From Gammaproteobacteria bacterium RIFCSPHIGHO2_12_FULL_63_22 (GTDB lineage Bacteria > Pseudomonadota > Gammaproteobacteria > Xanthomonadales > Xanthomonadaceae), in NCBI GenBank assembly GCA_001801685.1, contig MGYJ01000031.1, positions 7,909 through 71,908 on the forward strand: 64,000 bases of DNA, in the 5' to 3' direction. Each line of letters opens with the position of its first letter. Position 1 is the stretch's first letter. This document shows positions 10,732-23,632 of the stretch, piece by piece. Position numbers and translations under genes: made by a program. Below the pieces are notes generated by a model. The model worked only from the letters and a program-made list of their open reading frames with translations, made no database searches and was not told the DNA's origin.

Positions 10732-11256
10732 ATGGCCAAACTACCCATTATCGAGTTCCCCGACCCGCGCCTGCGCACGATCGCAAAGCCCGTGGCCAAG
10801 GTCGACGGAACCATCCGCAAGCTCATCGACGACATGTTCGAAACCATGTACGACGCCCCTGGCATCGGCCTGGCAGCGACCCAGGTGGACTTCCACCAGC
10901 GCCTGCTGGTGCTCGATGTCAGCGAAGACAAGTCGAACCCGATGGTCTTCATCAATCCCGAGATCCTGGCCAGCGAAGGCAGCCAGGTCTACCAGGAAGG
11001 CTGCCTGTCCGTGCCCGGCATCTATGCCGACGTGAAGCGCGCCGATACCGTGACGGTGCGCGCACTTGACCGCAATGGCGACTCGTTCGAGCTGACCGCC
11101 GACGGCCTGCTGGCGGTCTGCATCCAGCACGAGATGGACCATCTGGCCGGCAAGGTGTTCGTCGACTACCTGTCGCCGCTGAAGCGCGAACTGGTGAAGA
11201 AGAAACTGGCCAAGCAAAAGCGCCTGGCGGAAGAAGATTCCGAAAGCGCGGCCTGA
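10732..11256 (+). CDS. def: Peptide deformylase
   Basis: [20 protein letters not shown]. Confidence 0.97.
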   Translation: MAKLPIIEFPDPRLRTIAKPVAKVDGTIRKLIDDMFETMYDAPGIGLAATQVDFHQRLLVLDVSEDKSNPMVFINPEILASEGSQVYQEGCLSVPGIYADVKRADTVTVRALDRNGDSFELTADGLLAVCIQHEMDHLAGKVFVDYLSPLKRELVKKKLAKQKRLAEEDSESAA

Positions 11257-12182
11257 TGGCCTTGCGGATCGTTTTTGCCGGCACGCCTGAATTCGCGGTG
11301 CCGGCCTTGCGCAGCGCGGCGCAACACGGCGAAGTGGTGGCCGTCTATACCCAGCCCGATCGCCCCGCCGGACGCGGCCGCCAGTTGCAGCCTTCGCCGG
11401 TAAAACGCGAGGCCATCGTTCGCGGCATCCCGGTATTCCAGCCGGAGAATTTCAAGGCGGCAGCTTCGCGCGAGCAACTGCGCGCGCAGGCGCCGGACCT
11501 GTTGATCGTCGTTGCGTACGGACTGATCCTGCCATCGTCGGTGCTGGAGATTCCCAGGCATGGCTGTTGGAACGTGCATGCCTCGCTGCTGCCGCGCTGG
11601 CGTGGCGCGGCGCCGATCCAGCGGGCGATCGAAGCCGGCGACACACGCACCGGCGTGTGCCTGATGCAGATGGAGAAGGGCCTCGATACCGGCCCGGTGT
11701 TGCTGTCGCGGGAAACGCCCATCAGCGATGAAGACACCGGCGGCAGCCTGCACGACCGCCTCGCGACGCTGGGCGCGCAGGTGTTGGGTGACGGCCTGGG
11801 CTTGCTGCGCGCAGGCACGCTTCCCGTGGCACGCGCTCAACCGGCCGAGGGCGTCACTTACGCCAACAAACTCGACAAGGCCGAAGCCCGCCTCGACTGG
11901 GCGCAATCCGCCAAGTTGCTGGCGCGACGCGTCCGCGCCTTCAACCCGTGGCCGATCTGCGAGGCCGCGGTCGCCGGCGAGCGCCTGCGCATCCATGCCG
12001 CGCGCGCCCTGCCGCTCGACCACAACCAGGCCCCGGGCACCGTGTTGCTGGCCAATCGCGCCGGCCTCGACATCGCCTGCGGCGAGGGCGCGTTGCGGCT
12101 GTTGCAGGTACAGCGCGAGGGCGGGCGGCCCGTTGCGATTGCCGATTACCTCAACGCGCGCCCGCGCCTGGAAGCCCTGTGA
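11256..12182 (+). CDS. fmt: Methionyl-tRNA formyltransferase
   Basis: [30 protein letters not shown]. Confidence 0.97.
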   Translation: MALRIVFAGTPEFAVPALRSAAQHGEVVAVYTQPDRPAGRGRQLQPSPVKREAIVRGIPVFQPENFKAAASREQLRAQAPDLLIVVAYGLILPSSVLEIPRHGCWNVHASLLPRWRGAAPIQRAIEAGDTRTGVCLMQMEKGLDTGPVLLSRETPISDEDTGGSLHDRLATLGAQVLGDGLGLLRAGTLPVARAQPAEGVTYANKLDKAEARLDWAQSAKLLARRVRAFNPWPICEAAVAGERLRIHAARALPLDHNQAPGTVLLANRAGLDIACGEGALRLLQVQREGGRPVAIADYLNARPRLEAL

Positions 12183-13495
12183 CAGCCGCCCCCGGCGCTG
12201 CCCTGCGGGCGTTGGCGGCGCGCAGCGTGCTCGCCGTGCTGGCCGAAGGTCGCTCGTTGAAGGCGGAGCTGGCCGAAGTCCTGCCGCAAATCTCCGACCC
12301 GCGCGACCGGTCCCTGTTCGAGGCGATCTGTTTCGCCACGCTGCGCCACCGCTATCGCTACGAATATGTCTTGTCGCTGTGGCTGGCGCGGCCGATGCGC
12401 GACCGCGACTACATCATCCACTGCCTGTTGCTGTGCGGACTGGCGCAACTGGATGAATTGAAGTTGTCGCCGCACGCCGCGGTCGGCGCCACCGCCGAGG
12501 CGGCGCGTGACCTGGGCCGCAATGCGCTGGTCGGCCTGGTGAACGCGCTGTTGCGTCGCGCAACGCGTGAACCCTTGCCGGTGTCGGATGAAACTGCGGT
12601 GCGCACCTCGCATCCCGACTGGCTGGTCGAAACCCTTGGCCGCGACTGGCCAGACCAGGTCGAGACCATCCTTGCCAACAACAACGTAGCCGCGCCGCTT
12701 TGGTTGCGCGCGAATACGCGCCAGGTTTCACGCGACGCCTATCAGGCCCTGCTGCGCAATGCCGGCATCGAAGCCAGCGCGCCGCTGTTTCCGCAACACG
12801 CATTGCGCGTGGACGTTCGCCTGTCGCCGGAATCGCTGCCGGGTTGGCGCGCGGGCTCGGTGTCGGTGCAGGACGGCGCCGCGCAACTTGCGGTGGAGGC
12901 GATGCAAATCCAGCCCACCGAAAACGTGCTCGACGCTTGCGCCGCGCCCGGTGGAAAGTGCGCACAGATCGCTAGCCAACTGGACGCGGGCGGTTCGTTG
13001 CTGGCGCTGGACGTGGACGAGCGCCGACTGCGTCGCGTGCGCGCCACGCTCAAGCGCCTGCAACTGGAAGCGCCGAACATCGCGCTGGTCGCCGGCGACG
13101 CGATGCGCCCCGATGCCTGGGCCGACGGCAGGATGTTCGACGCGATACTGCTCGATGCGCCGTGTTCGGCCACGGGCATCATCCGCCGGCAACCCGATGT
13201 GAAATGGCATCGCCGCGCCGAAGACATTCCGGCAATGGTCGCGCAGCAGGCGCAAATGCTCGATGCCTTGTGGTCGGTGCTCGCGCCGGGTGGCCGCCTG
13301 TTGTATGCCACGTGTTCCGTGTTGAAGGACGAGAACCAGCGCCAGGTGGAAGCCTTCCTCGCGCGCACGCCGGACGCGCAGGCGCAGCCGCTGGACGAGC
13401 GGTTCGGCCACGCCAGCGGCGCGGGCCGGCAACGCCTGCCCGGTGAGGACGGCATGGATGGCTTCTTCTACGCACTGATGCGCAAAGCTGCCTGA
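12179..13495 (+). CDS. rsmB: 16S rRNA m5C967 methyltransferase
   Basis: NusB-like N-terminus, [22 protein letters not shown]; GTGA overlap with fmt stop. Confidence 0.95.
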   Translation: MTAAPGAALRALAARSVLAVLAEGRSLKAELAEVLPQISDPRDRSLFEAICFATLRHRYRYEYVLSLWLARPMRDRDYIIHCLLLCGLAQLDELKLSPHAAVGATAEAARDLGRNALVGLVNALLRRATREPLPVSDETAVRTSHPDWLVETLGRDWPDQVETILANNNVAAPLWLRANTRQVSRDAYQALLRNAGIEASAPLFPQHALRVDVRLSPESLPGWRAGSVSVQDGAAQLAVEAMQIQPTENVLDACAAPGGKCAQIASQLDAGGSLLALDVDERRLRRVRATLKRLQLEAPNIALVAGDAMRPDAWADGRMFDAILLDAPCSATGIIRRQPDVKWHRRAEDIPAMVAQQAQMLDALWSVLAPGGRLLYATCSVLKDENQRQVEAFLARTPDAQAQPLDERFGHASGAGRQRLPGEDGMDGFFYALMRKAA

Positions 13496-13496
13496 C

Positions 13497-15221
13497 ATGT
13501 CCGCGCCCACCGCCCTCGACGCCGCGCAACGCCGACAGTTGTTCTGGCTGTTCGGGCTGGCGCTGCTGGTGCTCGCTGCCGGATATGGAATGCGCGATCC
13601 CTGGCCGGCCGACGAGCCGCGCTTCGTGCTGGTCGCCAAGCAGATGTTCGAAGGCGGCAGCTGGTGGTTTCCGCATCGCGGGCAGGAGCTGTATCCGGAC
13701 AAGCCGCCCCTGTTCTTCTGGATCCTCGCCGCCGCCCGCGGCCTGGTCGGAAGCTGGCGCTGGAGTTTCCTCTTGCCATCGTTGCTGTCGGGCATCGGCA
13801 CGCTCTGGCTGACCTACGACCTCGGCCGCCGCTTGTGGAATCACCGTGCTGGCCTGTGGTCGGCGATCGCCGTGTTGTCGTGCCTGCAGTTCGTCTATCA
13901 GTTCAAGCGCGCGCAGATCGACCCGACACTGGTGTTGTTCACCACGTTTGCGCTGTACGGAATGTTCAGGCATCTCCTGCTGGGCCCGGCTTGGCGCTGG
14001 TTCTGGGCAGGCTGTTTCGCCGCCGGCGCCGGCGTGGTGCTGAAGGGCGTGGGCTTCCTGCCCCTGCTTGCCTTGATTCCTTACGCGCTGATGCGCCGCC
14101 AGCGATGGCAGGGCATCGCCGACCCCGGCAATCGCAACGCGTGGCGCTGGTTGGGTGGGGGATTGTTGTTCTTCGCCGCCATCGCGGCCTGGCTGGTGCC
14201 GATGGTGACCATGGCGCTGGCTGATGGTGATCCGGTGCATCGCGCCTATCTGGACAACCTGTTGTACAAGCAAACCGCCACGCGCTATGCCGATGCCTGG
14301 CACCACCACAAGCCGTTCTGGTATTTCGGCCAGGTCATCGCCTTGTTCTGGCTGCCGTTCTCGCTGGCACTGGCCTGGTTGTGGCGCGACTGGCGCGATG
14401 CGTTGCGCAATCGCGATGCCCGCGTCTGGCTGCCGCTGGCCTGGGCAGGCCTGGTGTTGCTGTTCTTCAGCGCCAGCCCGGGCAAGCGCGACATGTACAT
14501 CCTGCCGGCCTTGCCGGCGGTGGCTTTGGCCGCCGGACCCTATCTGGGCGCGCTCATGCAACGCAGGAATTTCCAGCGTGCCTTGTTGGCTTTCTGCGTG
14601 GCGTTCGCGCTGCTGTTGCTGGGCGTGGGCGTGGCCGCGCTGGTGCAGCCGCCGTCCTTCATCCAGAAGCTGGTGACAGACCGCGGGCTGGAAGGCGGCG
14701 CCGAGGCGCTTTGGTGGATGCTGGTCCTGGTCGGCGCGAGTGCATTGCTGGTCGCGGCCTGGAAGCGCCGGGCCGGCGCCGGAATCGCCGCGGCCTGGCT
14801 GCTGGTGGCGCTGTGGTGCGGCTACGGCCTGGTCGCCCATCCGGTGCTGGACCCGAGCAGCTCGGCGCGTGCCCTGATGGAGCGTGCGCGCGCCGTCGCA
14901 GGACCCGGCGTCACCATCGGGCTGGTCGAGTGGAAAGAGCAGAACCTGCTGCAGGCCGTTGGACCGGTCCATGAGTTCGGCTTCCGCCGGCCCGCGCCCG
15001 AGCAATTGCGCATGGCCGTCGCGTGGCTGGACCAGGCGCCCGGGCAACGCCGCGTGCTCTTTTCACAGCCGCGCGTGGAAGCGCCGTGCTTTTCCGCGGC
15101 CGACCTGGAAACGCCGGCGGTGCGCAGCGTCGGCTCGGCCAATCGTCGCAACTGGTTCCTGGTGACCCGGGCCGGCATCACGCCGGCGTGCTTCGGGGCC
15201 GGTTTGAGCGACCCCGACTAA
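13497..15221 (+). CDS. ArnT-like family 39 glycosyltransferase
   Basis: DEPRF, YPDKPPL, KGVG motifs, many TM segments. Confidence 0.85.
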   Translation: MSAPTALDAAQRRQLFWLFGLALLVLAAGYGMRDPWPADEPRFVLVAKQMFEGGSWWFPHRGQELYPDKPPLFFWILAAARGLVGSWRWSFLLPSLLSGIGTLWLTYDLGRRLWNHRAGLWSAIAVLSCLQFVYQFKRAQIDPTLVLFTTFALYGMFRHLLLGPAWRWFWAGCFAAGAGVVLKGVGFLPLLALIPYALMRRQRWQGIADPGNRNAWRWLGGGLLFFAAIAAWLVPMVTMALADGDPVHRAYLDNLLYKQTATRYADAWHHHKPFWYFGQVIALFWLPFSLALAWLWRDWRDALRNRDARVWLPLAWAGLVLLFFSASPGKRDMYILPALPAVALAAGPYLGALMQRRNFQRALLAFCVAFALLLLGVGVAALVQPPSFIQKLVTDRGLEGGAEALWWMLVLVGASALLVAAWKRRAGAGIAAAWLLVALWCGYGLVAHPVLDPSSSARALMERARAVAGPGVTIGLVEWKEQNLLQAVGPVHEFGFRRPAPEQLRMAVAWLDQAPGQRRVLFSQPRVEAPCFSAADLETPAVRSVGSANRRNWFLVTRAGITPACFGAGLSDPD

Positions 15222-15308
15222 ACGCCGCCGCGCGGGCGGTCCGTGCCCGGCAGCGGCTGGGCTATCATGGCGGCCGCAACCGCCGGCGATTCGCCGATCA
15301 AGGTGATC

Positions 15309-16658
15309 ATGAAGATTCTGATTCTTGGTGCGGGACAAGTCGGTTCGTCGGTGGCCGCATCGCTGGCAGGGGAAAACAACGACATCACCGTCGTAGATAC
15401 CGACCACCAGAAGCTGCGCGAGCTTGCCGAGAAACTCGACATCCGCACCGTCGTCGGCCACGCCTCGTTGCCCAGCGTGATGGCGCAGGCGGGCGCGGAA
15501 GAAGCCAACCTGCTGGTGGCCGTGACGTCCAGTGACGAGGTCAACCTGATCGCCTGCCAGGTGGCCCAGCGCCTGTTCAAGACCGCCACCCGCGTCGCGC
15601 GCCTGCGCGAATCCGAATACATGGGCATCGCCGACGCGGTCAACGCCGCGATCAGTCCCGAAGATCTCGTCTGCCGGCATATCGAGCGCCTGATCGAATA
15701 CCCCGGCGCCCTGCAGGTGCTGGATTTCGCCAATGGCCGCGCACAACTGGTCGGCGTGCGCGCCGTGCGCGACGGCGCCCTCGTCGGCCACGAGATCCGC
15801 GAACTCCGCCAGCATCTTCCGGCCAACGTGGATGCACGCGTCGCCGCCATCTTCCGCAACCGTCGCGCCATCAAGCCCGAAGGCACCACTGTCATCCAGG
15901 AAGACGACGAAGTCTTCTTCCTGGCCGATGCGCGCAACATCACCACCGTGATGAGCGAGTTGCGCCGGCTCGACAACCGGCCGACGCGGCGCCTGCTGAT
16001 TGCCGGCGGCGGCAATATCGGGCGCAGGCTGGCGCGCAGCCTCGAGAACCGCTATTCGGTGAAGGTGCTCGAGCGCTCGCGTGAACGCGCCCGCAGCATC
16101 GCCGAGGAACTCCTGAATTCAATCGTGCTGGTGGGCGATTGCGCCGACGAAGACCTGCTGCGCGAAGAGAACATCGACCAGACCGACGTGTACATGGCGC
16201 TGACGAACGACGACGAGGCCAACATCCTGTCGGCGATGCTGGCCAAGCGCCTGGGTTGCCCGCGCGTGCTGGCCCTGATCAACCGGCCGTCCTATGCCGA
16301 ACTTGTGGAGGGTGGCAGCATCGACATCGCGGTCAGCCCGCAGCTGGTCACCCTGAGCGCGCTGCTGGCGCATATCCGCGAAGGCGCGCCGGCGCAGGTC
16401 TATTCCTTGCGGCGCGGTGCGGCCGAGGCGATCGAGGCCGTGGTGCGCGGCGACCGCCGCACCTCCCGCGTGATCGGCCGTTCGCTGGAAGAGCTCGACC
16501 TGCCGGACGCAACCACCATCGGCGGCATCGTGCGCGGTGAAAAGTTGCTGATCGCCCACCACGACATCGTCATCGAACCGGGAGACCACGTCATCCTGTT
16601 CGTGTCCGACAAGCGGCAGATGCCGCAGGTGAACGCGCTGTTCCAGGTCGGAGTCTGA
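15309..16658 (+). CDS. trkA: Trk potassium uptake NAD-binding subunit
   Basis: Two Rossmann RCK motifs (GAGQVG, GGGNIG). Confidence 0.95.
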   Translation: MKILILGAGQVGSSVAASLAGENNDITVVDTDHQKLRELAEKLDIRTVVGHASLPSVMAQAGAEEANLLVAVTSSDEVNLIACQVAQRLFKTATRVARLRESEYMGIADAVNAAISPEDLVCRHIERLIEYPGALQVLDFANGRAQLVGVRAVRDGALVGHEIRELRQHLPANVDARVAAIFRNRRAIKPEGTTVIQEDDEVFFLADARNITTVMSELRRLDNRPTRRLLIAGGGNIGRRLARSLENRYSVKVLERSRERARSIAEELLNSIVLVGDCADEDLLREENIDQTDVYMALTNDDEANILSAMLAKRLGCPRVLALINRPSYAELVEGGSIDIAVSPQLVTLSALLAHIREGAPAQVYSLRRGAAEAIEAVVRGDRRTSRVIGRSLEELDLPDATTIGGIVRGEKLLIAHHDIVIEPGDHVILFVSDKRQMPQVNALFQVGV

Positions 16659-16659
16659 T

Positions 16660-18111
16660 TTGAATCCGCGCCTCCAGGCGATGCAGCGGATCTTCGGCGC
16701 GATCATCGCGCTCAGCTCGCTGATCACCGTCCCGCCGATCCTGATCGCCTATTTCCTGGACGAGCCCAGCCTGGTCGCCTTCGTCGACAGCTTCCTGCTG
16801 ATCGGTGCGGCCGGATTCGTGTTCTGGTATCCGGCGCGCAACGCCGAGTACGAGCTCCGCCTGCGCGACGGCTTCCTGATCGTCGCATCGATCTGGGTCC
16901 TGGCCAGCCTCGTTACGGCCATCCCCTTCATGCTGACCGCGCCCAACCTCAGCTTCACCGACGCCGTGTTCGAGGCGACGTCAGGGCTGACCACCACGGG
17001 TTCGACCGTCGTGACCGGCCTCGACGCGCTACCGCGCAGCGTACTTTTCTACCGGCAGTCGCTGCATTTCCTGGGTGGCATGGGTATCGTCATCCTGGCC
17101 GTGGCCATCCTGCCGATGTTGAAGATCGGCGGCATGCAATTGTTCCGCGCCGAATCGACCGGGCCGCAGCGCGACACCAAGCTGACCCCGCGCATCGCCG
17201 ATACGGCCAAGGCCTTGTGGATGGTGTACCTGGGCCTGAACGCGGTCTGCGCGCTGGCGTTCTGGATGGGCGGCATGACGCTGTTCGATGCGATCTGCCA
17301 TGCGATGTCCACCACCGCCACCGGTGGTTTTTCCACGCACGATGCCAGTTACGGATTCTGGAACAGTCCCTTGCTGGAATCGATGACGATCGTGTTCATG
17401 CTGATTGGCGGCATCAATTTCGGCATGCACTGGTATGCCTGGCGGCGGGCGACGATCTCGCACTACCAGGCCGATTCCGAACTCAAGACCTTCCTGATCA
17501 TCGCGGCCGTTGCCAGCGCGCTGGTGGCGATCACGCTCTGGACGTCGGGGCGGTTTTCGCTGGGCGAGTCGCTGCGCCACGCCATCTTCCAGGTGGTCAA
17601 CAATCTCACCACGAGCGGTTTCATCGGCCCGGGCTTCGACAACTGGCCCGGCGCCGCGCCCTTGCTGCTGATCCTGCTGGGCTTCATCGGCGGCTGCGCC
17701 GGCTCGACGGCGGGCGGCATGAAGGTGGCGCGCTGGCAGATGATCGTGCGCCAGGGCCTGCGTGAAATTCGCCAGCTGGTACATCCCCGCGGCCAGTTCG
17801 TGGTGAAGGTGGGTGGCAAGCGTGTTTCCGAAAGCGTGGTGATTTCGGTGGCCGGCTTCTGCACCTTGTACCTGCTCAGCTTCGTGGTGATGACCTTGCT
17901 GGTGGCCTCGGCCGGCGTGGACGCGCTGACCGCATTCACTGCGGTGGCATCAAGCCTCAACAACATGGGGCCGGGCCTGGGCGGCGTCGCCATCCACTTC
18001 CAGGACCTGGGTGATTTCCCGGTCTGGGTGTGCAGCTTCGCGATGATCCTTGGCCGACTGGAAGTATTTACGGTGCTGGTGTTGCTGACGCCGCAGTTCT
18101 GGACCGAGTAG
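16660..18111 (+). CDS. trkH: Trk potassium uptake membrane subunit
   Basis: SGLTTTGS, LGGMG, ATGGFS, GGCAGSTAGG, NNMGPG pore motifs; TTG start. Confidence 0.95.
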   Translation: MNPRLQAMQRIFGAIIALSSLITVPPILIAYFLDEPSLVAFVDSFLLIGAAGFVFWYPARNAEYELRLRDGFLIVASIWVLASLVTAIPFMLTAPNLSFTDAVFEATSGLTTTGSTVVTGLDALPRSVLFYRQSLHFLGGMGIVILAVAILPMLKIGGMQLFRAESTGPQRDTKLTPRIADTAKALWMVYLGLNAVCALAFWMGGMTLFDAICHAMSTTATGGFSTHDASYGFWNSPLLESMTIVFMLIGGINFGMHWYAWRRATISHYQADSELKTFLIIAAVASALVAITLWTSGRFSLGESLRHAIFQVVNNLTTSGFIGPGFDNWPGAAPLLLILLGFIGGCAGSTAGGMKVARWQMIVRQGLREIRQLVHPRGQFVVKVGGKRVSESVVISVAGFCTLYLLSFVVMTLLVASAGVDALTAFTAVASSLNNMGPGLGGVAIHFQDLGDFPVWVCSFAMILGRLEVFTVLVLLTPQFWTE

Positions 18112-19600
18112 GCAGCATCCGCCACGGCGTCGCGAGCCCGAGCGACAGCTGGGCGTAAAGTCGGCGCGCTTCTTCTTCCGGCAGGTACGGAATATGCAGG
18201 CCGCCTTCAAGCACGTTGCTACCGGCGGTATCGAAGCGCAGCGTGGCCATGCCATGGCGGCGGTCGAACGGCGACTGCAAAAGTTCCAGCGCCTGCAGCT
18301 TGCGCGATTCGGCGAACTGCCAATGGCGGTCGAGCCAGCCACTGCGGAATGCAATCAGCCCCTTGTCGATGGAATAGGCAGAGTGCTTCGCCCAGACGAT
18401 GGCGCGCCAGTACAGCACCGGCACCAGCGCCAGCAGCATCAGGCCCGGCAGACCCTTCTGGAAGACCAAGGCGGCCGTGATGACCAGCGTGATCACCATG
18501 GGCAGGAAAAATTTCCGTCGCCATGCGCGCGGGTGCAGGGGCTTCCATTGCGACACCGGCCAGGCGGGCTCGGGCAGCAGGCGATCGATCAGCGCATCCA
18601 TTGCCGCCGGCGTCGCCAGCGGCGCGAGGTCACGCAGCGAACTGCGTTCGTTGGCCGCTTCCATCACCGCCGTGTCCACGCGAAGGCTGCGTCGCTTGAA
18701 CAGGCGATGCAGCACGCCTTCTGAAAGATTGAAGGCCTGGATGCGATGCTTGGGCACGCTGCCGCGCATTCGCGAGAGCAGGCCGCGCTGCACGCTGAGG
18801 CGGCCCTCGCTTTCGCCCAGGCGAAAGCCGTGGAACTGCAGCAGGGCGATCGCCACCGACAGCACGCGCAGGGCCACCAGCGCCGCGAGCACCAGCACCA
18901 CGGCGGCCATCGCGGCGGCCAGCACAGAAAGATGCAAGGCATCGGCCTGTCCGGTGAACCACTTGCCCAAGGCCTTGAAGACCTCGCCGATCAGGTTGTC
19001 GCCGGACTGGGCCATCACTGCGAACAAGCCGCCGATCACCACGATGCCGCGATTGTTGATCAGGCCCAGCCGCACGACCTCGCCCACGGGCAACGCCAGC
19101 AGGGTCTCCTGCTCGGCCTCGGGGGCAGCGTGTTCACGGCTGGCGCCGAGCGCACGGATCTGGCTTTCCAGTCGGTGCGCATCGTCCAGCCGCAACACGC
19201 GCATCTGGCCCTCGGGCTTTGCCGCGCCGGCCGACTCCAGGCGCACCTCGGCAACATTGAAGAGGCGGTGCAGCAGGGTCTGGTGCAGGTTGACGTTCTG
19301 GATGCGCGCAAACGGAATGTGCCGCACGCTTCGCTGCAACAGGCCGCTGCGGATGACGATGCCATCGGCGTCGATGCGGTAGCGATAGGTGAAGTACTGC
19401 GCCACCGACACCAGCATCAGCACGCCGACGCCGATCAGGCCGTACAGATCGCGATCATCGCCCTTGCCGGTGAACAGCAGGATCAGGATGGGCAGCGCAA
19501 ATTGCTTCAGCTGCCCGATCAGCGTGAACAGCCAGCTGAGCGGGTGCAGGCGTTTTTCAACGCCGGCGTCAATCACCAGCGCGGCCGGATCAGACGACAT
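18068..19600 (-). CDS. YdbT-like bacterial PH-domain membrane protein
   Basis: Repeated bPH_2-type segments (IPFARIQNV, VPKHRIQ, KLQALEL) with TM helices. Confidence 0.85.
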   Translation of the reverse strand: MSSDPAALVIDAGVEKRLHPLSWLFTLIGQLKQFALPILILLFTGKGDDRDLYGLIGVGVLMLVSVAQYFTYRYRIDADGIVIRSGLLQRSVRHIPFARIQNVNLHQTLLHRLFNVAEVRLESAGAAKPEGQMRVLRLDDAHRLESQIRALGASREHAAPEAEQETLLALPVGEVVRLGLINNRGIVVIGGLFAVMAQSGDNLIGEVFKALGKWFTGQADALHLSVLAAAMAAVVLVLAALVALRVLSVAIALLQFHGFRLGESEGRLSVQRGLLSRMRGSVPKHRIQAFNLSEGVLHRLFKRRSLRVDTAVMEAANERSSLRDLAPLATPAAMDALIDRLLPEPAWPVSQWKPLHPRAWRRKFFLPMVITLVITAALVFQKGLPGLMLLALVPVLYWRAIVWAKHSAYSIDKGLIAFRSGWLDRHWQFAESRKLQALELLQSPFDRRHGMATLRFDTAGSNVLEGGLHIPYLPEEEARRLYAQLSLGLATPWRMLPTRSRTAASATPAP

Positions 19601-20156
19601 CGTCGTTGCGCGCCGAGGCCGGCACCAGCGCGTCGCGCAAGGCCACCGCATCCGCGTCCAGGAAACCGTTTTGGCGCAGCGCATGCAGGCGGGTGCCTGC
19701 GGTGTGCACGATCAGCGTGGCCAGGCCGAAGTGGCGCTCGATCGGGCCCCGTTCGATGTCGAGGTGCTGCACGCGCGAGCGCGGCACCAGGATTTCCTTG
19801 CGCCAAAGCTTGCCGCGTTTCACGTGCAGGCCGGTTTCGTCGAGCTTCCAGAAAGTGAATTTCCAGCTGCGATAACCCAGCCAGATACTGAGGGTGATAA
19901 CCGTCAGCAACACGAGCACTACTGCCAGCACCCAACCCAGGAATGAAAACACCGGAAAGGCAATGCGCAGCGGAAAGGCCACCAGCATGCTTGCGGCTGC
20001 GCCCAGCACCAGGCCCCGGATCAGTCCGCCGATCATTGCCACCTGCGCGGCATTCGCTGTCAGCGGCTGCCAGCGATCCACGTGCTCGGGCAGGGCCGGC
20101 GGGACGATCGGCGCCGGCGAATCCATGGACGAATCGGGCAGGGTTGTTTCGCTCAT
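19590..20156 (-). CDS. YdbS-like bacterial PH-domain membrane protein
   Basis: Two TM helices then VPRSRVQHLDIERGPIERHFGLATL; overlaps ydbT-like start. Confidence 0.85.
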   Translation of the reverse strand: MSETTLPDSSMDSPAPIVPPALPEHVDRWQPLTANAAQVAMIGGLIRGLVLGAAASMLVAFPLRIAFPVFSFLGWVLAVVLVLLTVITLSIWLGYRSWKFTFWKLDETGLHVKRGKLWRKEILVPRSRVQHLDIERGPIERHFGLATLIVHTAGTRLHALRQNGFLDADAVALRDALVPASARNDDVV

Positions 20157-20157
20157 G

Positions 20158-21069
20158 TCAGTAACAGTCCGGGCGGTAGGGGTTTGTTTCGCCGGAATCC
20201 GGCGGACGTCTGCTGAAGCGCTTGTAGGTCCACTGGTACTGCGTGAGATCACGTCGGGCAATCGCTTCCACCTGCGCATTCATCGCGGCGGTAGCCGCCA
20301 CGAGGTCGTCACTGGCGATTGTAGCCATCGCTGCCTCGATGTGGATGTCGAAGCCATCGGCCACCGGCTCGGCATAGGCGAACACCACCGGCGCGCCGCT
20401 GCGCGCGGCGAGTTTGGGAATCAGGCTCAGGGTGAGCGACTGGCGGCCGAAGAAAGGCGCGAATTCGCCGCCGCCCAGTTTCGGTTGCTGGTCGGGCGTG
20501 ATGCCGACCGTCTCGCCGGCCTTCAGCGCGCGGAACAGCGGGCGCATCGCATTGGTCTCCGCCGGCACCAGCAAGACGTTTTCGCCGCCACGCGCCAGGC
20601 GCAGGAAGACATCGCCGAAGCGCTTCTCGGGCACCCGGTAGACCAGCGAGAACGGACCGCGCGAGGCCATGTACTCGATCAGCAATTCCCAGTTGCCGAA
20701 ATGCGGCGCCGCCAGGATCAGACCGCGGCCCTGCGCCAGGGCGTCGGCCAACAGGGATTCGCCATGCACGCTGCGCACCAGCGCGAGGTTGTCGGCGCGC
20801 GGCCTGGTCCAGATGCGGATGGTCTCCAGCGCGTTGCTGCCGGTGGCGCGCAGGATGCGGTCGACTTCGAGTTCGCGCTGTTCCTTTGTCCACCCGGGCT
20901 GGATGATTTCCAGGTTGCGCCGCGCGACGCGTGATGCGCGCCGGTCGAGCCGGTGCATGACATGGCCGGCCCACGCACCCAGCGCGCGTTGCGCGGGCAG
21001 GGACAGGCGTCCGACGATCCAGGCCAGCGCGTACAGCGCACGCCCGATCAATTCGTGCAGGGGATTCAT
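20158..21069 (-). CDS. Lipid A lauroyl/myristoyl acyltransferase family
   Basis: HFGNWE (HxxxxE), TPDQ, FFG, QWTYKRF. Confidence 0.88.
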   Translation of the reverse strand: MNPLHELIGRALYALAWIVGRLSLPAQRALGAWAGHVMHRLDRRASRVARRNLEIIQPGWTKEQRELEVDRILRATGSNALETIRIWTRPRADNLALVRSVHGESLLADALAQGRGLILAAPHFGNWELLIEYMASRGPFSLVYRVPEKRFGDVFLRLARGGENVLLVPAETNAMRPLFRALKAGETVGITPDQQPKLGGGEFAPFFGRQSLTLSLIPKLAARSGAPVVFAYAEPVADGFDIHIEAAMATIASDDLVAATAAMNAQVEAIARRDLTQYQWTYKRFSRRPPDSGETNPYRPDCY

Positions 21070-21134
21070 CGGCCTAGTCTAAGTGGCGGCGGACGGGTTT
21101 GACTCATCCACCCCGCGACCATCAGCATGTCCGC

Positions 21135-21572
21135 ATGATCTCCCTCATCCAGCGCGTGACCGAGGCCGCCGTGCACGTGGACGGCGAATGCGTCGGCCGG
21201 ATCGGTCCGGGCCTGCTGGCATTGGTGGCGGTGGAGCCCGGGGACGATGAGGCGCGGGTCCAGCGAATGGCCGAGCGCCTGCTGGGTTACCGCGTGTTCG
21301 GCGATGCCCAGGACAAGATGAACCTGTCGGTAGCCGACACCGGGGGCGGCTTGTTGCTGGTCAGCCAGTTCACCCTGGCGGCCGACACCAACAAAGGCAT
21401 GCGCCCCAGTTTTACCTCGGCGGCCACGCCCGAGCAGGGCCGGCTGTGGTTCGAGCGCTTGCTGGAGGTCTGCAAACAGCGCCATTCCCCGGTTGAATCC
21501 GGCCGCTTTGGCGCCCATATGAAGGTCAGCCTGATCAATGACGGCCCCGTCACCTTCTGGCTCCGTAGCTGA
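21135..21572 (+). CDS. dtd: D-aminoacyl-tRNA deacylase
   Basis: IQRV, SQFTL, NDGPVTF. Confidence 0.96.
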   Translation: MISLIQRVTEAAVHVDGECVGRIGPGLLALVAVEPGDDEARVQRMAERLLGYRVFGDAQDKMNLSVADTGGGLLLVSQFTLAADTNKGMRPSFTSAATPEQGRLWFERLLEVCKQRHSPVESGRFGAHMKVSLINDGPVTFWLRS

Positions 21573-21686
21573 CCCCCAAGCTGACTCCGCGATAAAAGCC
21601 CTTTCTAAACAGTCACTTGGATTCCAAGTGCCCGGGCCTATATACTATGTGGTTCCTTTGATCCCCTCTTTACTTCGGCAGACTCC

Positions 21687-23537
<1,851 letters not shown>

Positions 23538-23558
23538 GCACGGCGGAAGCGCTCCAAC

Positions 23559-23591
23559 AAGAAAACGGCCGCCAACGCGGCCGTTTTCTTT
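23559..23591 (+). terminator. Intrinsic terminator after rpoD
   Basis: Perfect hairpin AAGAAAACGGCCGC-CAAC-GCGGCCGTTTTCTT. Confidence 0.85.
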
Positions 23592-23632
23592 TATGCTCAC
23601 CACGCCGATCCTTGGCGCCGGAGGCCTGCACC